This document shows, one piece after another, positions 23,798-31,184 of a stretch of 38,116 bases of DNA (position 1 is its first letter; the number at the start of each line of letters is the position of its first letter). Under the pieces are notes generated by a model. The model was not told the DNA's origin. It did not search any database and saw only the letters and a program-made list of their open reading frames with translations. Source of the DNA: Dehalococcoidia bacterium LH_S1 (lineage in GTDB: Bacteria > Chloroflexota > Dehalococcoidia > SZUA-161 > SpSt-899); the NCBI GenBank assembly GCA_023660035.1, contig JAGXOF010000002.1, forward strand, positions 1 through 38,116. Reading direction: 5' to 3'. The translations under genes were made by a program, and so were the position numbers.

Positions 23798-24874
23798 GTG
23801 GCATCAAAGACGGAAGCGGTTGAGGCGAAGGAGGCATATGCCAAGCTTACCGGCAGGAAGGTACTTTTTATCCTGGTAGGGCTCGGGGGTGTGGTGGCCT
23901 TGGTCTTGGTAGCAACCTCTCTTGGCTCAGCCGACTTGGGGGTGAGCAGTGTAGCCTCTGCTATCGCTGCCAGGATATTTCCCTTCCTTGATCTAGAGGT
24001 AAGCACTAAGGTAGATGTCATCGTTTGGGGTATAAGGCTACCCCGAGTTGTTCTGGGGGTGGTTGCTGGAGCGGGACTAGCCGTCTCTGGGGCAGCGATG
24101 CAGGGAATTATGCGAAACCCTTTAGTAAGCCCCTTTACCTTAGGTATATCCTCAGCGGCTGCCTTCGGAGCATCTATAGCCATTGTCCTGGGAATGGGAA
24201 TGGTTGGCAGTGAAAAATATCTCATAATTACCAATGCCTTTGTCTTTGCTCTGCTGGCCGCCTTTCTGGTCTATGGTCTTGCCAGAATAAGAGGTATGAG
24301 ACCGGAGACATTGATTCTAGCAGGAATCGCCTTGATGTATTTCTTTTCTGCCGCCACTTCGCTGCTGCAATACATTGCCACCAAAGAAGAGCTCCAGACA
24401 GTAATTCACTGGCTTTTCGGAAGCCTTACCGGAGCAAGCTGGGAGAACATATTGATAGTTGTAATTATCTCCTTCTCCTGCCTTCCCTTTTTGATAAAGT
24501 ATTCCTGGGATGTGAATACCATGGTTGCCGGTGATGATGTAGCTACTAGTCTTGGGGTAAATCCCCGCAGGGTAAGGACGGTTTATATGGCACTGGCGAC
24601 TCTGATTACCGCCGGAATCATCTGCTTTACCGGGATTATCGGCTTTGTTTGCCTGGTAGCGCCGCACATAACCCGCATGATAATCGGAGCCGACCACAGA
24701 TTTCTGCTCCCCAGCTCCTGTATCATGGGAGGGCTTTTGCTCCTGGGAGCTGATACCCTGGGCAGGACTGCTTTTCAACCGGCCATAATCCCGGTGGGGA
24801 TAGTGATCTCAGTTATCGGCGTTCCCTTTTTCCTTTTTTTAATTTTGAGAACAAGGAAGGAGTATTTTCAATGA
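23798..24874 (+). CDS. FecCD/BtuC-family ABC permease
   Basis: Polytopic 358-aa protein with typical FecCD strings (RLPRVVLGVVAGAGLAVSGAAMQGIMRNPLVSPFTLGISSAAAFGA; FTGIIGFVCLVAPHITRMIIG). GTG start. Confidence 0.88.
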   Translation: MASKTEAVEAKEAYAKLTGRKVLFILVGLGGVVALVLVATSLGSADLGVSSVASAIAARIFPFLDLEVSTKVDVIVWGIRLPRVVLGVVAGAGLAVSGAAMQGIMRNPLVSPFTLGISSAAAFGASIAIVLGMGMVGSEKYLIITNAFVFALLAAFLVYGLARIRGMRPETLILAGIALMYFFSAATSLLQYIATKEELQTVIHWLFGSLTGASWENILIVVIISFSCLPFLIKYSWDVNTMVAGDDVATSLGVNPRRVRTVYMALATLITAGIICFTGIIGFVCLVAPHITRMIIGADHRFLLPSSCIMGGLLLLGADTLGRTAFQPAIIPVGIVISVIGVPFFLFLILRTRKEYFQ

Positions 24875-25704
24875 GGCTAGAAATAAAGGATATACAATTC
24901 AACTACGGAAGCGTGCCTGTCCTGGAGGATATCAGTCTGGGTATAAAGGGTGGGGAGGTGTTGAGCCTGGTAGGCCCCAACGGTTCGGGTAAGACTACCC
25001 TGTTAAAGTGTATAAACAGGATTTTGAAGCCCAAAAGGGGGACTATACTAGTAGAAGGCAAGGATGTAACCAGGGTGGGGTTAAAGGAGCTTGCCCGCTC
25101 TCTGGGTTATGTCCCTCAAAGCGCTCTCTCTTCCTTCCCCCTTACGGTCTATGATACAGTTCTTCTGGGGAGAAAGCCACATGTGAATTGGAAGTTAGGT
25201 GAAAGGGATAAGGGGATAGCCTTTGGAGTGCTCAGGCTAATGGAACTCGATGATATGGCGCTCAGGCTGGTTAGCGAATTGAGCGGGGGGGAAAAACAGA
25301 AGGTGCTTATGGCAAGGGCGCTCGCACAGGAGCCTCAGGTTCTGCTTCTTGATGAGCCAACAAGCAACCTCGATTTAAGACACCAGCTTGAGGTTTTGCA
25401 TCTTATCGTGGATATGGTGAAGGAGAGGGGTTTATCGGCAGTAATGGCAATGCATGACCTAAATCTGGCTTTAAGATTCTCGAGCAAGATAGCAATGGTA
25501 AAGGGCGGCAAGATATACGCCGCTGGTGAACCCAGGGCAGTTCTTAACTCAGGTAACATAAGAGAGGTATATGGAGTTGAAACCACCATAAGTAGTGATT
25601 CAGGGAGACCCTACATTATACCTTTGACTTCGACGGGAAAAACTTCCAGGACGAAGGTCGTATCAAAAAGAATGATTCGGGAAGACCTTACATTATACGT
25701 TTAA
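24871..25704 (+). CDS. ABC ATPase of the chelate importer (FepC/BtuD-like)
   Basis: Walker A GPNGSGKTT, signature LSGGEKQ, Walker B LLLDEPTSNLD. ATGA overlap with the permease gene. The C-terminal tail is reshaped by a tandem duplication. Confidence 0.9.
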   Translation: MRLEIKDIQFNYGSVPVLEDISLGIKGGEVLSLVGPNGSGKTTLLKCINRILKPKRGTILVEGKDVTRVGLKELARSLGYVPQSALSSFPLTVYDTVLLGRKPHVNWKLGERDKGIAFGVLRLMELDDMALRLVSELSGGEKQKVLMARALAQEPQVLLLDEPTSNLDLRHQLEVLHLIVDMVKERGLSAVMAMHDLNLALRFSSKIAMVKGGKIYAAGEPRAVLNSGNIREVYGVETTISSDSGRPYIIPLTSTGKTSRTKVVSKRMIREDLTLYV

Positions 25705-25750
25705 CCTTAGCTGGCAAGGGTTCCGGGATGAAAGTCATATCAAAGGAGGA
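25597..25750 (+). repeat. Imperfect 77-nt tandem duplication at the 3' end of the ATPase gene
   Basis: Units start at 25597 and 25674 (GATTCAGGGAGACCCTACATTATAC... and GATTCGGGAAGACCTTACATTATAC...) and are roughly 70% identical. The period is not a multiple of 3. Confidence 0.85.
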
Positions 25751-25757
25751 TTAAATC

Positions 25758-28700
25758 ATGGAAAAGGCAAGGATAGCTTATTTTACCACCGGCGGAGCGG
25801 ATGTCATTCCCCTCGTCTCAGCAGTTAGAGCCATAACTGAGGAGAAAGGAGAGATTATAGAGGTCTGCCTCCGAACCAGGGAGGATTTCATGCAACCGGG
25901 CAAGTTGGAAGAGTTTATCCATTTCGCCCAGGAATGCCATCTAGTTATCCTGCATCTTATGGGAGGCAAGAAGAGCTTCTCTGACTTTGACAAGTTTATG
26001 TCTTCGCTAGAGGGTAAGGGCATTCCCATCTATGCCCAGGGGTCGGGTGGCGAGCTGGACACGGAATTAGTCCGCCTTTCCACCGTGGATAAGGATGACT
26101 ACCAGGGAATCTCCCGCTATATCAATTACGGAGGAACTGAGAACTTCAAGAATCTTCTCCTGCATATAGCAAATCGTTTTGCTGGTGCCAATTACGAGCT
26201 TATGGGGCCTGAGAGACCCCCCTGGGAGGGAATCTATCACCCTGATTTTGACTACCTGCCAACATTGGATGAATACCTGGAGAAAAAGCATATAGCCGGT
26301 CGGCTCACTGTGGGGCTCTGGTTTTATCAAAGTTTCTGGCAAGCCAGAAACACCGTCTTTGTAGATAGACTAATCGAGGAGATTGAAAAGCAAGGGGCAA
26401 ACGTCATCCCAGTATTTCTTTATAGTGTTAAGGATATAGACCTCGGCACTAAAGGAGCGGAGTGGGTGGTTAAGAACTACTTTATGAAAGATGGTGAGCC
26501 CCTAATCGATGTCTTGATTAGTCCCTTGATGTTCTCCTTGTCTATGAGGGTGTCCCAGAGTCCAGAGGGCAGTGAGGTGATACCACAGGAGAATGAAGGA
26601 TTCTTAAACAGGCTGGGAGTGCCTGTGATAAAGGCAATCTTAACCTACAATACCCTGGAGGAATGGCGGGATACCTTGCAGGGGCTAAATCCCATGGATG
26701 TGACTATGAGTATAGCCATGCCTGAGTTCGATGGCATGTTGATTACAGTGCCGGTAGCTGCCAGAAACTTCTCTGATACCGACCCCTTAACCGGAGCCAG
26801 AATAGTCAGGTATGAACCCATCGGCGAAAGGGTCAGCAAGGTCGTTCGTCTGAGTCTGAACTGGGCAAGGCTGAGGCACATCCCCAGCAACGAAAAAAAG
26901 GTGGCTATCATCTTCCACAACTATCCACCGCGAAACGACCGAATTGGCACTGCCTTCGGATTGGATTCCCCGGTTTCGGTGTGGAACATCCTGCGCGACA
27001 TGAAGGAGGCAGGATACGAACTGGATTGCCTGCCCGAAAGTGGGCAGACTTTAATTGAGGACATAATTGAACGGGTCACTAACGACCGTAGGTGGGCAAG
27101 CCCTGAGGAGATGGCAAAAAGGGCAGTGGACAAGGTTTCTCACCAGCAATACATGGGATGGTTTCAAGAGCTTCCAGAGGAAGTGCAAAGTAAAATGGTG
27201 CGGGCTTGGGGTAAGCCTCCGGGTAAGCTCTTCAACCACAGGAACAAGCTACTTATCCCAGGACTCATCAACGGCAACATCTTCATCGGGCTCCAGCCAC
27301 CCAGAGGATTCTTGGATGACCCCGCTGCCATTTATCACAGCCCCGACCATCCCATGCCCCACCACTACTACGCCTACTATCGCTGGATACGGGATGTGTT
27401 CGGAGCCAATGCAGTTATGCATATCGGCAAGCACGGCTCCCTGGAGTGGCTACCAGGAAAATCGGCAGGTCTTTCCGAATCCTGTTTCCCTGATATCGCC
27501 ATCTCTGATTTGCCCAATATCTATCCCTACATCATCAATAACCCCGGCGAGGGCACCCAGGCAAAGAGGAGGAGCTACTGCTGCATCATTGACCACCTGG
27601 TTCCGGTGATGCACAACGCCGATACCTACGAAGAGATAGCCGGGCTGGAAGTGCTAATAAACGACTATAAGCACGCCACTGTTGAAGACCGGGGGAAAAT
27701 TCCAGAATTACAGAAAATGATATGGGAGAAGACTTGCCAAGCCAAGCTGGACCATGACCTGGAAATTGACGAAGCGGCGGCTTTTGCTGATTTTGACGGC
27801 TTCCTGGAGAAGCTGCATGGCTATATAGACGAACTGGCGGATACCCAGATTAGAGAGGGACTGCATACCCTGGGTGAGCCACCGGTTGATTCGCGCCTGG
27901 ACGAGTTCTTGGTCGCCCTGACCCGGCTAAGCAATGGTGATGTGTCCTCACTAAGGCAATCCCTGGCTGAGATGAAGGGTTACGATTATGATGGCCTCCT
28001 GGCAAACAGAGGAAAGCTGCAATCCGATGGCAAAAGCAACGGGGACATAATTGAAGAGCTAAACGAAGTCTCCTTACAGCTTGTGCAGAGGCTTCACAAC
28101 GAGGGATTCAGGGAGGAGAGCATTGATACTATAGCCAATGAAATATTGGGGCAGAGCAATTCAAATATTAGAAGAGTGTTAACCTATATTGCAAATTCCA
28201 TTGCCCCCAATATTGCCGCTGCCACTGATGAATTAACTAATACCCTGTTGGCTGCCAGTGGGGAGTTTATTCCACCCGGTCCCTCGGGTGCCCCTACCAG
28301 AGGGATGGCTGATATTCTGCCCACAGGCAGAAATTTCTACTCCTTAGACCCCCAGACTATACCCTCTCCTGCTGCCTGGAGGGTGGGGGTGGCTCAGGGT
28401 GATGCCCTGCTGGAGCGCTATCTGAAGGACGAGGGGAAATATCCTGAGAACATCGGCATTATCATCTGGGGAAGCCCCACTATGAGAACCAAGGGGGACG
28501 ACATTGCTGAAATCTTTTACTTAATGGGTGTTAAGCCAATTTGGGAAGAGAGTAGCGGAAGAGTGAGGGGAATTGAGGTTATTCCCCTTGAGGAACTGGG
28601 TCATCCCCGCATTGATGTTACCCTTCGTATCAGCGGACTCTTCCGGGATGCTTTCCCCAATATCGTTCACCTTATTGACGAGGCAGTGGAGATGGTATAC

Positions 28701-29570
28701 AATCTTGACGAAGCTCGGGAGATGAATTACCTGACCAAGCATGTTCGGGAAGAGACGGAGGAAAGGATAGCGGCAGGCATGAATTTTGAGCAAGCAAGGG
28801 AGGAAGCTGGCTACCGTATTTTTGGCTGCAAACCAGGGGCTTATGGTGCCGGAGTCAGCGATGCCATAGATGCTAAGAACTGGAAGGATGAGAAAGACCT
28901 GGGTGAGATTTATGCGGTTTGGGGTGGTTACGCCTACGGGAAAAAGAATTACGGAGCAACGGTGCCTGAGCAGTTCAAGAAGCGCTTGAGCCAGCTTGAT
29001 TTAACTGTCAAAAACGAGGATACACGGGAATACGATATGCTGGATAGCGATGATTTTTATTCCTTTCACGGGGGAATGATTGCCGCCGTCAAGGCCTTCA
29101 AGGGGGAGCTACCCCAGTCATATAGCGGTGATGCCTCTGACCCCGACCGGGTGAAGGTAAGAAGCACGGCCGAGGAGACCAAGCATATCTTTAGAGCCAG
29201 GATTCTCAACCCCAAGTGGATTGAGAGCATGAAGCGCCATGGCTACAAGGGTGCAGGAGACATCTCTCGAATGGTGGATATAGCATTTGGCTGGGATGCC
29301 ACTGCTGAGGTACTGGAAGACTGGATGTATGAGGAGCTGGCCAAGAAATATGCCCTGGACAAGGATATGCAGGAGTGGCTAAAAGAGGTCAATCCCTATG
29401 CTCTCCAGAACATCGCTGAAAGGCTACTGGAAGCTATCGAGAGAGACATGTGGCAGGCAACAGAGGAAATGAAGCAAGAGCTACAGAATATTTATCTGGA
29501 TATTGAAGGGATGCTGGAGGAAAGCCAGTCAAAGGGAGAGAGAGCAGGGAATGAAGGAGGAAGGGATTGA
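25758..29570 (+). CDS. cobN: CobN-family large chelatase subunit (class I chelatase porphyrin-binding subunit)
   Basis: 1270 aa. CobN/ChlH-like strings such as IFHNYPPRNDRIGTAFGLD, MHIGKHGSLEWLPGK, YIINNPGEGTQAKRR and LNPKWIESMKRHGYKGAGD. Confidence 0.9.
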   Translation: MEKARIAYFTTGGADVIPLVSAVRAITEEKGEIIEVCLRTREDFMQPGKLEEFIHFAQECHLVILHLMGGKKSFSDFDKFMSSLEGKGIPIYAQGSGGELDTELVRLSTVDKDDYQGISRYINYGGTENFKNLLLHIANRFAGANYELMGPERPPWEGIYHPDFDYLPTLDEYLEKKHIAGRLTVGLWFYQSFWQARNTVFVDRLIEEIEKQGANVIPVFLYSVKDIDLGTKGAEWVVKNYFMKDGEPLIDVLISPLMFSLSMRVSQSPEGSEVIPQENEGFLNRLGVPVIKAILTYNTLEEWRDTLQGLNPMDVTMSIAMPEFDGMLITVPVAARNFSDTDPLTGARIVRYEPIGERVSKVVRLSLNWARLRHIPSNEKKVAIIFHNYPPRNDRIGTAFGLDSPVSVWNILRDMKEAGYELDCLPESGQTLIEDIIERVTNDRRWASPEEMAKRAVDKVSHQQYMGWFQELPEEVQSKMVRAWGKPPGKLFNHRNKLLIPGLINGNIFIGLQPPRGFLDDPAAIYHSPDHPMPHHYYAYYRWIRDVFGANAVMHIGKHGSLEWLPGKSAGLSESCFPDIAISDLPNIYPYIINNPGEGTQAKRRSYCCIIDHLVPVMHNADTYEEIAGLEVLINDYKHATVEDRGKIPELQKMIWEKTCQAKLDHDLEIDEAAAFADFDGFLEKLHGYIDELADTQIREGLHTLGEPPVDSRLDEFLVALTRLSNGDVSSLRQSLAEMKGYDYDGLLANRGKLQSDGKSNGDIIEELNEVSLQLVQRLHNEGFREESIDTIANEILGQSNSNIRRVLTYIANSIAPNIAAATDELTNTLLAASGEFIPPGPSGAPTRGMADILPTGRNFYSLDPQTIPSPAAWRVGVAQGDALLERYLKDEGKYPENIGIIIWGSPTMRTKGDDIAEIFYLMGVKPIWEESSGRVRGIEVIPLEELGHPRIDVTLRISGLFRDAFPNIVHLIDEAVEMVYNLDEAREMNYLTKHVREETEERIAAGMNFEQAREEAGYRIFGCKPGAYGAGVSDAIDAKNWKDEKDLGEIYAVWGGYAYGKKNYGATVPEQFKKRLSQLDLTVKNEDTREYDMLDSDDFYSFHGGMIAAVKAFKGELPQSYSGDASDPDRVKVRSTAEETKHIFRARILNPKWIESMKRHGYKGAGDISRMVDIAFGWDATAEVLEDWMYEELAKKYALDKDMQEWLKEVNPYALQNIAERLLEAIERDMWQATEEMKQELQNIYLDIEGMLEESQSKGERAGNEGGRD

Positions 29571-29574
29571 CTGA

Positions 29575-30429
29575 ATGATTATCATCGAAAAGCTCACCAA
29601 GGTATATGGCGAGGTTAGGGCGGTTAAGAAACTGAACCTGGAAGTATATTCGGGCGAGATTTTTGGCTTTTTGGGTCCCAACGGTGCTGGGAAAACCACC
29701 ACTCTCCGCATCCTGACCACCCTGACCAAGCCAACATCGGGGTGTGTCTGGATAAAAGGCTTCGATGTAATCACTCAGCCCCTTCAGGTAAAGGGAGAGT
29801 TTGGGGTAGTACAGCAACACCTGAGTTTGGATCGAGAGCTAACGGTGTGGGAGAACATGGAACTCCATGCCCGGTTGCATCACATTGGGGGTGTAGAGCG
29901 GCGGCGCCGCATCGCCGAGCTATTGGATTATGTGGAACTCAGCCAGTACGCCAATCAAATAGTTGAAAATCTTTCGGGTGGAATGAAGAGGCGACTGATG
30001 ATTGCCCGCGCCCTTATACATCGCCCCAAGCTACTTTTCCTTGATGAGCCTACGGTAGGGCTGGATGCTCAGACGCGGCGTCGCCTGTGGGAATTGATCC
30101 GACGGATGAACCTCGACGGCGCCACCGTTTTTCTCACCACCCACTATATTGAGGAGGCCGAGGCTCTCTGTCACCGCGTGGGAATCATTTACCAGGGACA
30201 GCTTATTGCCCTCGGCAGTCCTCTAGAACTGCGTCAGCAAGTGGGCATGACCACCGTGGAAACGCTTTCTGATAATAAGGATCCCGACTATCACTACTTT
30301 TCAGACAGAGCAGCAGCAACGGCCTACGTTCAGAGTTTGCCTCCTGAAGTCAAGACTATCACCACACGAGACTCCAATCTGGAGGATGTATTTGTGGAAT
30401 TAACCGGACGAAAGGTAGGCGACGATTAA
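29575..30429 (+). CDS. ABC-2-type exporter ATPase
   Basis: Walker A GPNGAGKTT, LSGGMKRRL, LLFLDEPTVGLD. DrrA/CcmA-like architecture with a C-terminal regulatory extension. Confidence 0.85.
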   Translation: MIIIEKLTKVYGEVRAVKKLNLEVYSGEIFGFLGPNGAGKTTTLRILTTLTKPTSGCVWIKGFDVITQPLQVKGEFGVVQQHLSLDRELTVWENMELHARLHHIGGVERRRRIAELLDYVELSQYANQIVENLSGGMKRRLMIARALIHRPKLLFLDEPTVGLDAQTRRRLWELIRRMNLDGATVFLTTHYIEEAEALCHRVGIIYQGQLIALGSPLELRQQVGMTTVETLSDNKDPDYHYFSDRAAATAYVQSLPPEVKTITTRDSNLEDVFVELTGRKVGDD

Positions 30430-30481
30430 GGTAAAGGTATTAAAGGATAGCTATTCAGTCTGGTGGGCAGATCTGAGGATT

Positions 30482-31174
30482 TTGAGACACCTCTGGCAAC
30501 GTTTCCTCATTACCAGCCTGATGAGTCCACTGCTCTATCTTCTCGCCTTTGGCTACGGGCTGGGAAGAGGTATGGAAGTTGAAGGGGTAAGCTATCTTGA
30601 GTTTGTGATTCCAGGGATCATTGCCCTTACCGCCATGACCACGAGCTTTAATAGTGCCGGAATGAAGCTGAATGTAGACCGGCTTTTTTACAAATGTTTT
30701 GATGAGATTTTGATGGCTCCGGTAAGCCCGTTATCCTTGATACTTGGGAAGTCCCTAATAGGTGTCCTGCGAGGACTTATCGTCTCCCTGGTTTTCCTGA
30801 TAATAGGCATAGCTATCTCTCCAATGAAGGTTAGTCCGCTTTTCATATTGCCCCTGTTGCTCACTTGCTTCACCTTTTCCTTCATGGGTGTTCTGGCTGC
30901 CCTGCTGGCAAAATCGCATCAGGATATGGCCACCTTCAGCAGCCTAGTGCTGTTACCGATGACTTTTCTTGGTGGCACCTTCTTCTCTTCAAGCCAGTTG
31001 CCACAGGCGCTAAAGGTTATCCTATATATCATCCCACTGACTCATTCCAGTCAATGCCTGCGAGCGGTAACTCTTGGGCAGCCTTTCCCTTGGCTCTCTT
31101 TATTAGCTATTGTGGGCTTCGGGCTAGCCTTCTTTGTCGGGTGCGTGATGGTGCTAAGGAGGGCCAGTGTATAA
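30482..31174 (+). CDS. ABC-2-type exporter permease (true start probably upstream, possibly ATT at 30425)
   Basis: Six-TM ABC-2 pattern. The frame is open from 30419, and the upstream codons (KVKVLKDSYSVWWADLRIL) look like a genuine ABC-2 N-terminus. Confidence 0.8.
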   Translation: MRHLWQRFLITSLMSPLLYLLAFGYGLGRGMEVEGVSYLEFVIPGIIALTAMTTSFNSAGMKLNVDRLFYKCFDEILMAPVSPLSLILGKSLIGVLRGLIVSLVFLIIGIAISPMKVSPLFILPLLLTCFTFSFMGVLAALLAKSHQDMATFSSLVLLPMTFLGGTFFSSSQLPQALKVILYIIPLTHSSQCLRAVTLGQPFPWLSLLAIVGFGLAFFVGCVMVLRRASV

Positions 31175-31184
31175 AGGGGAAGCA

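Noticed and set aside
23791-24778. Minus-strand ORFs of 147 and 153 aa
   Set aside because: They are antisense to the FecCD permease gene. The translations are low-complexity and non-membrane, with no signals.
20411-25754. CRISPR array or other non-coding repeat array
   Set aside because: The only tandem or dispersed repeats are the 66-nt, 77-nt and 174-nt blocks. All are two-copy duplications inside or at the ends of coding genes, with no repeat-spacer periodicity.
27067-27609. 180-aa plus-strand ORF in an alternative frame
   Set aside because: It lies inside cobN in another frame. The Ser/Thr/Pro-rich translation is typical of off-frame reading.
31167-31184. GTG start at 31167 for the SirC-HemA gene
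   Set aside because: It overlaps the permease stop and has no RBS. The ATG at 31185 follows AAGGGGA and gives the canonical MKNLYPVFLD N-terminus.
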